Positions 1-13,600 of a stretch of 64,000 nt of DNA are shown in pieces (the stretch's first letter is position 1; every line of letters starts with the position of its first letter). This stretch comes from Eledone cirrhosa (lineage: Eukaryota): positions 58,156,001-58,220,000 of the forward strand of contig OZ024742.1 in NCBI GenBank assembly GCA_964016885.1, in the 5' to 3' direction. Under the pieces are notes generated by a model that saw nothing but the letters and a program-made list of their open reading frames with translations, searched no databases and was not told where the DNA came from. A program made the translations under genes and the position numbers.

Positions 1-3000
1 GAAGAAGAGAGAGAACCGCGGAAATCTAAAAAACAAAAAGAGACACCACAAAACCCACAAAACTCCAATCACCAACACACAACCACAGACACAAACAACA
101 ACACAAACAACACCACAGTCAAACATCCCCCTATCAGCAAAACAAGCACCAACACCACCACAATCACAAGCACCCACCATAAAAAGAAAACTCCCGGACG
201 AACACCAAACTAAAACAACACAACAAAAACACAAACAACAATACGCATACATCAACACAAACAACAAGAGTTTGATGGAGGTCATCTCCCAAAACCCCAA
301 GGTGGAGACGGAGGGCAAAACTTTCGTCAAGGCAGAATCGTCTCCACACCTTAAACTTATAAGGGTTTCTATGGAAACCTATAATGACCTAAAAAATAAA
401 TTTTCACAGGACGTGGGCAACCCCTGCCATAAACCCATCAACCACGCCCTGTTAAAATGTTTCCCCACCCCACCCAACACCCAAATGGAGATTGAACAAC
501 CCAATCTCCAGGAAATGAAAAGGTAAGTGCACCTTTCGTCCTTTTTCTCCAACTTTTCTTCACCAACATGGCTAGTTTACGAGTTGGAACCGTGAATGTG
601 CGTGGCCGAGGGATGCCCTGGAAACAGGGCCAACTTTTAAACAACCTTAGGTCACACAGTATGGATGTGATAGCCATCATCTAGTCCAGGATCCACAACA
701 GGCAGCAACTAACCCCCATCTTCGACGACTTTGAGATCTACGCATCTCTCTGTCAGCCAGGAGGTGGAGTGGCTGTCATGTTTCGGAAGAACCTGGACGT
801 CGGAGTACAGCAAGTACACTTGGACCCGGAGGGTAGACTGGTAGTCCTAGACGTGAACAGTATCGGAGGTGGAGCCTTCAGACTGGTGGCCGTTTATGCC
901 CCGACCGGGCTATCGCAATCACGCCCAGACTTCTTTAAGCGTCTAGAGTCTTTTCTGGGAACGTCTCGCTCCTTACTTTTAGTGGGGGACTGGAATGGTA
1001 TCCTAGATGCACGATGGGACTATGTGGGAGCATGTTCCAGTAGAGCTGGGTGCAACAGCCTCAAAACTTTAATCGGCCAATTCCAACTGGCCGATAGGTA
1101 TCGACTGGATTTCCCGACTGCACCACAGTGGACGTGGGCAAACCGCAGTGGGACATCTAGATCGTATTTAGATAGGTTCTTCATTAGAGAAAGGGATAAG
1201 ATGTTAAGCTGTCCATGAATGCACATAGTTGCCTATTCAGATCACAAGTTAGTCGTCTGCTTAGTCAACCGTGATAGAATAGAATACATAGACAGGGTCC
1301 CGGATACTGGAAGCTGAACGTGTCGTTGCCGGCACGTAAAGCTTACAGTGAATGGATAAGTAGACTAGTCAAGCAACAGTTAACGGGAGCCATCGTCAAC
1401 AATAAATGGTGGTACTCTCTCAAGAAAGCAATTAGAATAGAATCGATAGGGTATAGCAGAGAGTTAGTCTTAGAGAAAAACAGAATAGAAAGAGAACTAG
1501 TAACCAAGGTAGAGGAGGCACTTAGAAGTGGCAACGCGGCTAGAGTGTTAGCGTTGAGAACGGAACTGGACCAGTTCTTCGATGCGAAACACGAAGGCTG
1601 CGTGGTCAGAAGCAAAATACGTGCTCTAGGAAACGAAGGAAAGCTGTCAGCTGGGCCCGAGTGGCGGAGGCAAAAAGTGGCAACAAGTCCATAATTCGTT
1701 CTTTGAAAGACCAAAACGGACATGTGCTACTTGACCCCAAGCAAATGTGCGCGGCCTTTCAGCGGCACTTTGCGCGACTGTTTGAGCAGAACGACGGTGA
1801 GCCGAACGGGGCAATGGACTTTAATTCATACCTCAACGGCCTGCCGGGTCTCTCGAACACGGACGCCGAGTTCTGCGAAAGACTGATCACGGACACTGAG
1901 ATACGGGACGCTCTGAGCCGCTGCGGGAAACGCAAGTCACCCGGTCTAGATGGTCTACCCTACGAATTGTACATAGGCATGCTGGACTTGTTCTCTGGCG
2001 TCCTCGAAGCCATCTACTGCAATTGGCAGCAGAACTGGAGAATTCCCAGTTCTGCAGGCAAGGGCGTAGTAACGCTGATCAGGAAGGATGAGAACAAGGG
2101 GGACGAAATTAACAACTTCAGGCCCATAACTCTGCTCAACACAGAGTTAAAGATTTTGGCCAAGGTGCTAGCGACGAGGTTGGCGCTTATCGCCGAGAAC
2201 CTGATAGGGAAAGCGCAAACGTGTGCAATCCCGACCAGGTCCATATACGACAACCTCCACCTCATGCGATACATCATAGAGAGGGTGGGTAGTAAACCCG
2301 GCTTCGGTGGGGCTGATCAACTTGGATCGGTCTAAGGCATTCGATAGGGTTGACCATCGATACTTGGAAGCGGTTCTCAAGGCGGCCGGTTTCGGTCCCG
2401 TGTTCAGAGGATGGATCGAGATGATGCACACCAGCATCTGCTCGAGGGTCAAGGTGAACGGCAGGGGTGCCCGCTCTCCTCCATTCTGTATGTATTGACT
2501 CTAGAGCCACTACTGCGGAAATTGGAGCTGTTGCAGGGCATCCCTCTAGAACCGGGACTGCACAAAGTGGCGGCAGCTTATGCCGACGACATGACAGTAA
2601 TGGTGTCGAGCACCTCGGAAATCGGGGTGATCGGCAACTTACTGAAATAATACGAAACGCTGACGGGAGCAAAACTAAACCCGGACAAGTCTGTCGGTTT
2701 GCAACTCGGTACGTGGAGAGGCAAACCGATGACATCCGACAGCGTCGTTGGACACTGGACGGACGGACCGGTGAAATTGCTCAGGGTCTGGTTCGGTCCA
2801 GACCTCCAGGTGGAGAAAAACTGGAACGAGGTCACGGCCAAGGTGTTTGCACTCACCCAGAAGTGGGCAGAGTGCAAACTGTCCTTGAAAGGTCGAGCGG
2901 AGGTGGCGAACACTTTCATCGCGTCCGTCATCTACTACCGCTTGACTGTCGTGCCTTGTCCCCGTGAACACCTTGCCAAGATGGAACGCATGCTCTTCCA

Positions 3001-4220
3001 GTTTCTGTGGAAGAAGCAGGCTCCGCTGGTGAGGAGATCCGTCTGCTGTCAGCACCCTTCCAACGGAGAGCTGGGAATGCCGTGGCTGATGATGTGCAAA
3101 CATGCGCTGAGGCTGTGGCATCTCCAGGTATTCTTCACCGACCCCCAACCGGTGTGGGCACCGTTTGTGAGACAGGCTTTCCCACAGCTCGTCTCGCTGA
3201 CGGAGTTGCAGTCCTGGGTGAAGAAAAGACCGAAAACAATGGGCGCCTGGCACATTGAATGCACTCAGGCGCTCACAGTCCTCTGGCAAACGGGCGCAGC
3301 AATCAGTGGAGACTCCACTTCAACATTCTATAGAGGGATTGTACGTTACAAGGGCGACAACGTGCTCGGAGAGACTCTGGGCGTCGAAGACGATGAGCTC
3401 ACCAGTCTGTTTGGTAGGACTTTCCGCCCGGGACCTATGGACAACTTCCAGGGGTCCCTGGCCTGGCAGTGCTACCGACGAGCTCTACCGGTTCGTGACA
3501 AGATCTACAGGCACGGACGTCCCGGCAGGGATCCCTCCAAGAGGACGTGTCCAAGATGCGCGCAGGACATTGAAACAGTCCTGCACGCAATTGTACACTG
3601 CCCAGGCGTAACCGACCTGTGGAACTATGCAGAACAACTGCTGTCGCGTATGGGACAAATCCAGTTGCTGAGTCCATAGTAAGGATCAAACCGCCAGCCT
3701 CTTTCAAAAACGAAAGAGAGGCGGTTTTCCTCTGTACGGTGGCTATGGTGAAAGAAGTTATATGGTGGACGGACGAGTTTGAGAGGACTGAGGACAGATG
3801 CCTTTCTCTCCGGACAACAATTGATTCCCTTCTTTAAGTATCACTTTAGAAGGAGAATCAGGGTGGAAAGAGAGGCACTGCACCCCAGTAAATTTACTGA
3901 AAGGTGGGTGAATGAAGCGAAAATGGCCTGAGTGATTGGGCCTTCTCTGTTTATAAGCCTGTAGGTTGAGGAAGAGAGCAAAAGGAAGAAAGGAGCACTT
4001 GCACAACACGCTCCTGGAGTTGAGGGTTGTTCTATCGACGGGGTATTAAACAACCTATTCGTGGCGCCTCCACCTTATTAGGGATTTCGATTGTTGTAAT
4101 TGTTTGTTTTTATATTTTTTACACGACTGTATGTAAAATCCCCGGCATGTCTTTGTATTGTCCCCTTTTCTTGTGCGCCCTTGTCGCTAATAAAGAAATC
4201 TATCTATCTAATCTATCATC
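1..4220 (+). mobile_element. Tx1/L1-clade non-LTR retrotransposon, copy A (5' end outside window)
   Basis: ORF1 tail to 526. ORF2 from ATG 568 with APE endonuclease (VGDWN, SYLDR, SDH), RT (FRPITLLN, KAFDRVDH, QGCPLS, YADD) and CCHC finger (CPRC..ETVLHAIVHC). AATAAA and (TATC)n tail at ~4189-4220. Confidence 0.93.
568..3964 (+). pseudogene. ORF2 (APE endonuclease-reverse transcriptase) of Tx1 copy A, with stops, frameshifts and a small deletion near 2461
   Basis: ORF fragments 769-1218, 1320-1694, 1661-2335, 2411-2650 and 2699-3679 are colinear with copies B-D. Confidence 0.92.
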
Positions 4221-7200
4221 TGGGATGGACACGTTTTAAACTTGCTCGGTAAGTTTTGTTTAAATTTCCTTAGAAATTCGTCATTGCGAACTTTTAATTT
4301 TAGAGGGCCTGACAGGTCAAATTTTGATCTGGTCAGTCCTCCAAAATATCGTTCCCCTCAGGGCAAAAACATCCAAAATATTTTTGCAAAACAGTACATT
4401 TTTTAAAAAATGGCCGAAGCACATACTTCTTTGCCAAAACAAGAAGCCATGCCTACTTGACCAGCAGGTAGTAGCAGACATGGACAAAGAAAGGCCAACA
4501 TCATCGCCTCAACATCTAGAAGTGGAACAAGCTTCAGCTGCTTGTAAGCAACTGAACACGCCTGACGTCACAAACGTCACATGTATCCACACACAGAAAG
4601 ATATATATGTAATAAACACTTCCTTTCGTAAAGAAATGGAAATTCACACAACAAAAACTGAAAATAACAGCCCACAACAGACACCAAAAAATACAGAAAA
4701 TGAAAAAATTGAAAACACATCCAACAATACCAATCAAAAGAAAAAAATGTCAACACAAACACCAAAGAAAATACAAATAACAGTGACAACAACAACAAGA
4801 AAGGCAACAACAGCAAAATTTCTTTTGCTGATACCGTAAAAAACCCGGAAAATATTTCAACTTTTGGATTTAACCAACGCGAAACAAAAGTTGGAAGAAG
4901 CTAAACAATATGTGACTTTTGGACCCGATGGGTCATTTAGCATAAATTCACAAGAACTAAGGAGAGAGAATGCCCTGAACACGGTGGTTTTCAGGACAAT
5001 CTCAAATGCATAAAAAAAACCAGCTCAACTATCTCAGAGTGAGATTGAGCTAGTATTAAGGAACCACATGGATAACATTTTATTTATTCAGAAAGCCAAA
5101 CTTTTTCGGCAGCATCTCGGTGCTAATGAAAAACAACATAACAGCACAAAAATATTCCATCGCGCCCATTGTGTTCACCCATTTTACATTTTTCCCTACA
5201 TACATGGGAAAAAGAACGCAAAAAATAAAAATTACATGCATAAGACCCAAAGTAGATATTTGGTGGATACTTTATGGCCTAATTGACTTTGAACAAGACA
5301 TTTTGATCTCAGTAGGAAAATCCTCCAGAGATATATTTAGTGGGACTAGCGTCGAAATTCTGGTGCAGATGAGCCCAGAACGTATAATGAAAATCCCACA
5401 GAGAGTACCTCTGGATGGACAGACCTACATAAACATTTCGGTTGAGCGTAGGCGGCCCGCATGTTACCACTGCACAAGCAGAGGTCACCTAAGGGCTGCC
5501 TGTCCCCAATTGACATAAAAAAAACCACTTTTACCAATACCACAAATAACAACACAACCACCACCACGACAACAAGAAAAAAACAACAGAGAACACTATC
5601 CCCCCACCCAACGCCTCCCCACCCAAAACAAATACAAAAACACACACAGACACTACAGAACCCCAAAACATACCCCTACCCATCAACACGGATGAAGAAC
5701 CCCTATCGACGGCACCCAGCGGCGATGAGGAGGAACCCTTCCAACCCATGAAAAGAATAAAAAGAAAGAACCGTATGAACAAAAACGAAACAAACACACA
5801 AACACCAGCACAAACAGCACAAAAATCACAAATAAAAGTTCCCCCTCCCGAAAACAAAACACCCACAACAAAGAGAAAACACATGCAGGAACCACAGACA
5901 AAAACAAACACAACACAGGAAAAGTACACATACACTTACATAAATGAAGAAAATAGAACACTGATGGAGACCATCAGAAACAACCCTTTGGTCAAAACCG
6001 AAGGGAAAACTTTGGATAGCTCCAACAAAAACAAAAAAATGAACCTAAAACTGATCAGGGTCCCTATAGGAACTTATAGATCCCTAAAATAAACATTTGT
6101 AGAGGACGTGGGGAATTCCTGCGTGAAACCAATCAACCGCGTCCTCTACAAAGGCCTCCCCACCCAAGTCATCCCCATCCCACCAGACACCCCTTCCCCA
6201 CCAAACACCTCCGTGCCCACCCCACCCAACAACCCATCCCCCACACTCATGGAAATTGTGCTGCCCGATACCCGGGACGCAGAGAGGTAAGTGCCTTTTC
6301 TCTTCACCACCAACATGGCTATGCTAAGAGTAGGCTGTCTAAATGCGCGTGGCCTGGGCTCAACTTGGAAGAAAGCAATGCTTCTAAATGACCTCAGGTC
6401 ACAACGTATAGATGTGATGGTTATTTGCGAGGCCCGGATCAGCAGCGTGCGACAGCTGGCCCCCACCTTTGATGACTTTGAGATGCACGCATCTCTCTGT
6501 CAGCCCGGAGGTGGGGGTGGGGTTGTCGTTCTGCTGCAAAAACATATGGGTCTCGCAACACAGATGATACATTTGGACCCAGAGGGTCGACTAGTGGTTC
6601 TGGACCTTGGCAGTGGTGAAGGCGGAGCGTTTAGGTTGGTAGCCGCCTATGGTCCTTTCGAGTCAATGCGGCCGGACTTCTTCCATCATCTGTAGAGTTT
6701 TCTAGGGACGTCCCGCTCCTTGCTATTAGTGAGGAACTGGAATGGTATCCTAGATACACGCTTGGACTACGTAGAGGCCTGTTCCGATAGAGAGGGGTGT
6801 AATAGCCTCAAAGGGTTAATCGGTCGATTTGATCTGGCCGATAGATATCGACTAGATTTTCCAACTGCGCCAACCTGGACTTGGGCAAATCGCAGCGGAT
6901 CATCTAGGTCGTACCTAGATAGGTTCTTAGTTAGAAATAAGGATAAGGACTTTTTAAGTTGTCCAAAAATGCGCATGGTTGGCTATTCAGACCACAAGTT
7001 AGTGAGCTGCATGGTCAACCTTGACAGAACGCATAGACAGGGACTCGGTTACTGGAAGCTCAACTTGTCCTTAGCGGCAAGTAAGGCTTACAGGGACCGG
7101 ATTAGGACTTTAGTTGAGGAGCGGTTGACGGGCGCCTTCGTCAACAGCAGGTGGTGGGGACCTCTCAAAAGAGAGATTAGAGTAGTCTCTATAGAATTTA

Positions 7201-9791
7201 GTAAGGAGTTAGCCTCAAATAGAAATAGGAAAGAGAGTTGGTAGATAGTGTAGAAGAGGCAATTAGAAGCGGCGACGTGGCCAGAGTGATAGCATCGAGA
7301 ACGGCCCTGGGCCAGTTCTTCGACGCAAAACACGAAGGCTGCATCGTCAAAAGCAAAATACGTGCTCTGGGAAACGAAGGGACCAAAGCTGTTAGCTGGG
7401 ACTGCGTGACAGAAGCGAAAAGAGGGAGTAGATCCACTATCCAGTCTTTGCGAGAACAGGATGGACGGGTGATCCTTGAGCCTAAGCAGATGTGCGAGGC
7501 TTTTCAAAAGCACTTTGCCAGATTGTTCGGAAGGGGCGGGGGGCCGGTTGGGGAAATGGACTTCGGTCCATACCTCGACGGCCTGCCGCGTCTCTCGGAC
7601 AGGGAGGCGAAGTCCTGCGAGGAGCCGATTTCAGCCGCTGAGATAGAGGACGTGCTGAGCCAATGCGGCAAACGCAGATCCCCGGGTCTCAATGGTCTTC
7701 CATACAAACTATATCTAGCTATGCCGGACTTGTTCCCCGATCTCCTCTAGGCGGTCTACTGCAACTGGCAACAGAACGGGAGAATTCCCTGTGCTGTGAC
7801 CAAGGGCGTAGTCACGCTAGTGAGGAAGGACGAGAACAAGGGGGATAGTATAAATAATTTCAGGCCCATAACTCTGCTAAATACAGAGTTACAGATTTTG
7901 GCCAAGGTGCTAGCAAAGAGGTTGGCGCTTGTCGTGGGCAACCTGGTGGCAGAGGTGCAGACATGTGCTAACCCGTCCAGGTCCATCCACGACAACCTCC
8001 ACCTCATTATATACATCATAGAGAGGGTTGGGAACGAACCCGGCTTTGGTGGGGCCCTGATCAACTTGGATCAATCTAAGGCGTTCGATAGGGTCGACCA
8101 TGGTTACCTGGATGCGGTGCTAGCGGCGGCAGGCTTCGGACCCGTTTTCAGGGGCTGGATCAATGCCATGCACAGCAGCTGCATCTGCTCTAGGGTCAAA
8201 GTAAACGGCTACCTATCGGAGCAGTTCGAAATCGTACGGTCCATCCGACAAGGGTGCCCTCTCTCCTCCCCTCTGCATGTAATGACTCTAGAGCCACTGC
8301 TGCGGAAGCTGGAGTTGTTGCAGGGTATCCCGTTGGAACCGGGATTGCGGAAAGGGGTGTCGGACTACGCCAATGACGTAACAGTAATGGTGTCGACGGC
8401 CTCGGAAATCGGGCGATCGACAGCTTACTGGAGGAGTACGAAAGGTTTACAGGGGCTAAGCTGAACCGGGACAAGTCCATCGGACTGCAACTCGGCACGT
8501 GGAGGGGCAGATCGATGCCCTCCGATGGCGTCGTCGGGCGCTGGACGGAGGGCCCGGTGAAGTTGCTCGGGGTCTAGTTTGGACCAGACCTCCAGGTGGA
8601 GAAGAACTGGGGTGAGGTAACGAACAGGGTGTTTGCACTGACCCAGAAGGGTCGGGCGAAGGTGGCGTACACTTATATAGCGTCCATCATCTACTACCGC
8701 TTGACCGTTGTGCCTTGCCCAAGGGAAACGCTTGCCAAAATAGAGCGCGCGCTCTTCCAATTCCTTTGGAAGAAGCGGGCTCCTATGGTGAGGAGATCCA
8801 TCTGCTGCAAAGACCGAGAAAACTGGGCGCCTGGCACACCGAGTGTGCCCAGTCACTCACGGCTCTCTGGCAGGCGGACCCGGCTGTCAGTGGAGAATCC
8901 ACCTCGTCATTCTATAGAGGGCTGGTGGTTAGCAGGTGCGACGACGCCCTCGGAGAAGCCCTAGGCATGGAGGAAGACGAACTGGCCAACCTGTTCGGTA
9001 GGACATTCAGCCCGGGACCCATGGATAACTTCCAGAGGTCCCTGGCCTGGCAGTGCTACCGAGGGGCTCTGCCCATTCGAGAAAAGCTCTACAGACACGG
9101 GCGCCCGGGTAGGGACCTCTCGAAAAAGATCTGTCCCAGATGCGTGTGTGATGAGGAAACCGTTGCACACGCATTGGTACACTGCTCGGGCATTGCCGAT
9201 CTGTGGGGCTATGTCGAACAACTGCTGTCAAGGGTGGGACTGATCCAGTTGACCACCGAGTCTATTGTAACGATCAAGCCGCCTCCCCTCTTCAAAAACG
9301 AAGGAGAGGCGGTGTTTCTGTGCGTAATAGCCATGGCGAAAGAGGTTGTATGGTGGACGTGTCTGAAAGGACTGAGGTCAGACACCTTTCTCTCTGGCCA
9401 ACAACTGGTCCGTTTCTTCCGATATCATTTCGGAAGAAGGATCAGGATGGAGAGAGAGGTGCTGCACCCCAGCCGTTTTTATGAAAGATGGGTGAAAGTG
9501 GCGAGAATGGCCCGTGTGAATGGGCCTTCACTCTACATCAGACTATAGGTGAGGAAGATGAAAAATCAAGGGAGCACCCCCTCTCTGTGCTCCTGAGGAG
9601 AAGGGTTGCACACTTTTTCTCGGGGGTGTGAATTTATTATTTATTATATTTTATTTTATTTTTATATCTTGTTATTGCCTCCTCCTTATTGAGGACACCT
9701 TTTCATGTAAACTCCCCCCATTGTACTTGTCCCACCTTTTGATGCTCTGGTGGCAAATAAAAAGAAAATTATCTATCTATCTATCTCTCTC
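4221..9791 (+). mobile_element. Tx1-clade LINE, copy B (5'UTR, ORF1, ORF2, 3'UTR; decayed)
   Basis: ORF1 remnants with gag-like CCHC knuckle (CYHCTSRGHLRAAC, within 5120-5518). ORF2 6315-9548 with EN, RT and CCHC. AATAAA plus (TATC)n(TC)n tail at 9756-9791. Confidence 0.93.
6315..9548 (+). pseudogene. ORF2 EN-RT of Tx1 copy B (frameshifted, with internal deletions)
   Basis: MAMLRVGCLNARGL start, then FRPITLLN, DQSKAFDRVDH, RQGCPLS and YAND, ending in NGPSLYIRL*. Confidence 0.92.
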
Positions 9792-9799
9792 TTAATCTA

Positions 9800-12700
9800 G
9801 CTGTCGTCTGTTCTACAGCGTAGATGTAATTCACTTCGCGCAGAAGTTTTGTTCCAATTTATTGCGGAAATTTTTGTAAGTTCAATTTTAATTTTGAGAC
9901 TATTGTGTAGCTTGATCCCCCGTCTGAACTGTCGGGCGGTGGGTCAGCTCATCTTCGCCCCTCCCAGGGCTGAAAAACCTGTTTTTAAAAATTTTGTGGC
10001 ATAAAAAATTCAATCGTCTGACAGAAATGTTAAACGAAGCTAACGAAAATAGTGGTGGGGGGACAGCGGTAAGAGTTGTAAGCTCACACGCTTTAGTCCC
10101 CCCTTCCTTCCCAACTAACGTCATAGAGAAGGAAAGAAAAAATAAAATAAAAACAGACGAATGTGCGGAGAAAAATGACGAAAACACAAATCTGGACATT
10201 GATTCCAACAACAAAAAAAATTTGAAAAATTGCATGACAATATTAATACCACAAACAAAGACACAACAAACACAAAAATAACATTTGAAAACAACATCAT
10301 AACAGAAAGCAAAGCAGACGACAAAGTCAACACCAATAATATTTCGTTTGCACAAACAACAAAGAAATCTTTGACATATATACCTGAAAATATTTCAGAT
10401 GTGGCACAAAGAATTATAAACGCCAAACAATACATAACTCAAGGGGAAAATGGTATTTTATCGGTAAAAATGCCTCAAGAACTCAGCAAAGACATTGAAA
10501 GTCGGAGGTCGTTTTCCGCACCATCAACAACATTTCTAAAAAACCTCAACAGCCAACACAAACAGAAATCAAAGCAGTACTTACAGAAGTACTTAATGAA
10601 ACCACTTTCATAAGAAGAGACAGACTGTATGGAAGCCTAGCGATTATTATGAAGAACAAATCGGCGGCAAAAAAATGTGCTTTGTCGCCGATTCGTTTGA
10701 CAAATTTTATCTTTTATCCATCTTATATGGGTAAAAGAACTCAGCGCATATGGCTGGATGCAATGATGCCAGATGTGGACTACTGCTGGCTCATAGCTGG
10801 CTTCATCGATCCAGCGAATGACAACGTAATTTCCATTGGGAAAACCACAGGCAATGCGTTCAGTGGAACAGGTATAGAACTTGTAGTGCAAATGAAGCCT
10901 GAATGCATCACCCAAATACCCGACAGAATCCTATTAGAGGGCCACGGGTATATAAACATTAGCGTGGAGGGGAGAAGGCCGTCCTGTCATATCTGTGCAG
11001 GCAGAGGGCACATGAAGGCGGCTTGTCCCTAACTCAACAAGAAGAAAACCCTGCTACCAACACCAGCTCCACCACCACAACAGATAAACAAACAACAAAA
11101 CTCAGTCCCACCCAACCCGTCCCTCAGTAAAACTACACCACCACCACAACACATTACCCAAAAACAAAACACAGTCCCACCCAACCCCTCACTCAATAAT
11201 ACAACACAACCACCGCAGCCACAACACACAACACAGTCTAACATAGTGACATCCATCTCCCCGATTGATCGGGGGAGGCGAACGTCCGACGGGGACGGGG
11301 ATTTCGGTCCATACCTCGACGGCCTGCCGCGTCTCTCGAGCGAAGAGGCAGAGTCCTGCGAGGGACCAATCTCGGCTGATGAGATCCGGGATGCGCTGAG
11401 CCAATGCAGCAGACGCAAATCTCCAGGTCTCGATGGTATACCTTACGAACTTTATTTAGCAATGCCGGTCTTCTTCTCCGAACTCCTCGAAGCAGTCTAC
11501 TGCAATTGGCAGGAGAACGGGAGAATTCCTTGTTCTGTAGCCAAGGGCGTAGTCTCGCTGGTGAGGAAGGACGAGAACAAGGGGGAAAGTATAAATAATT
11601 TTCGGCCCATAACTCTGCTAAACACAGAGTTAAAGATTTTGGCCAAGGTGTTAGCAAAGAGGTTGGCGCTTGTCGTGGGTAGCCTGGTGGGAGATGCACA
11701 GACATGTGCTATCCCATCCAGGTCCATTCACGACAACCTCCACTTCATGCGATACATCATAGAGAGGGTTGGCAACAAACCCGGCTTCGGTGGGGCCCTG
11801 ATCAACTTGGATCTGTCTAAGGCGTTCGATAGGGTCGACCATGGTTACCTGGATGCGGTGCTAGCGGCGGCTGGGTTCGGTCCTGTCATAAGAGGCTGGA
11901 TCACTGCCTTACATAGCAACCACATCTGTTCTAGGATCAAGGTGAACGGCTACCTTTCGAAGCCGTTCGAAATCACACGATCCATTCGACAGGGGTGCCC
12001 TCTCTCCTCCCTTCTGTACGTATTTACTCTCGAGCCTTTACTGAGGAAGTTGGAGTTGTTGCAGGGTATCCCCCTGGAACCAGGATTGAGCAAAGCGGTG
12101 TCGGCCTACGCCGATGACGTAACAGTAATGGTATCGACCGACTCGGAGATCGAGGTGATCGGTACCTTACTGGAGGAATACGAAAGGTTGCCAGGAGCGA
12201 AACTGAACCGGGAAAAATCCATCGGGCTGCAACTCGGAACGTGGAGAGGCAGACCGATGCCTCCCGACGGTGTCGTCGGACACTGGACGGAGGGCCCGGT
12301 GAAGTTGCTTGGTGTCTGGTTTGGACCGGACCTCCAGGTGGAAAAGAACTGGGGCGAGGTTACGAGCAAGGTGTTTACACTGATCCAGAAATGGGCCAAG
12401 TGTAAGCTGTCCCTAAAAAGGCCAGGCGGAGGCGGTGAACATTTACATAGCGTCCGTCACTTACTACCGCCTGACTGTCGTGCCTTGCCCTAAGGAAACA
12501 CTCACCACCATGGAACGCATGCTCTTTCAATTTCTTTGGAAGAAGCGCCCTCCTATGGTGAGAAGATCCATCTGCTGCCAACAACCTTCGAAAGGAGGGC
12601 TGGGGATGCCGTGGTTGATGATGCGTAGGCACGCATTAAGGCTACGGCACCTACAGGTATTCCTCACTGGTCAACCGGTGTGGGCTCCGTTCGTGAGACG

Positions 12701-13600
12701 AGCCTTTCCAAGACTCGTCTTGCTCACCGAGCTGCAGTCCTGGGTCAAGCAAAGATCCGGAAAACTGGGCGACTGGCACACTGAGTGTGCCCAGGCGCTC
12801 AGGGCTCTCTGGCAAGCGGACCCAGCCATCGGTGGAGAATCCACCTCATCATTCTATAGAGGGCTGGTGGCTAGCAGGAGCGATGACACCCTTGGAGAGT
12901 CGCTGGACATGGAAGAAGACGAACTGGCCAGCCTGTTCGGTAGGACTTTCGGCCTGGGACCAATGGACAACTTCCAGAAGTCACTAGCCTGGCAGTGCTA
13001 CCGGGGGGCTCTACCCGTTCGAGAAAAGCTCTACAGACACGGGCGCCCGGGTGGCGCCGATTCGATTGACCGCCAAGTCCGTGGTAACAATCAAGCCGCC
13101 TCCCTTCTTCACAAAGGAAGCAAAGGCGATTTTTCTGTGCGTAATAGCCATGTTGAAAGAGGTTGTTTGGTGGACACGATTGAAAGGTCTGAGGTCAGGC
13201 AACTTCCTCTCTGGCCATAGTCTGATCTACTTCTTCCGATATCACTTCGGAAGAATAAGAATGGAGAGAGAGGTGCTTGGCCACAGGCAGTTTTATGAAA
13301 GGTGGGTGATAGTGGCGAGAATGGCTCGTGTAAATGGGCCTTCTCTGTATACCATCCTGTAGGTAAAGAAGTGAAGGAGAGGGGAGCACCTTCTCCATGT
13401 GCTCCCCGGGCAAAGGATTGCACACTTTTTCGGGGGTGTGTGCAACCCCCATCATGTCCCCTCCCTTTTGAGGTTGTTTTTGATTATTTTCATTTTATAC
13501 CCTTTTTACTCGGTTTTATGTAAACTCCCCCTTTGTATTTGTCCCTTCTTTTTATACCTTTATGGTAAATAAAGAAATATATCTATCTCTCTCTCTCTCT
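9800..13600 (+). mobile_element. Tx1-clade LINE, copy C (internal deletion removes the ORF1 end and the EN domain)
   Basis: ORF1 knuckle CHICAGRGHMKAAC (within 10649-11032), then a jump at ~11260 straight into pre-RT sequence. RT ORF 11246-12493 (YADD) and C-terminus to 13362. AATAAA plus (TC)n tail. Confidence 0.92.

Noticed and set aside
5346-5961. Hydrophobic V/F/C/L-rich minus-strand ORFs (also 9900-10435, 13793-14253, 48444-49122)
   Set aside because: They are antisense shadows of the A/C-rich low-complexity ORF1 linkers, not membrane proteins.
11257-11277. Palindrome at the copy C deletion junction
   Set aside because: The right arm is largely native ORF2 sequence, so it could be coincidental.
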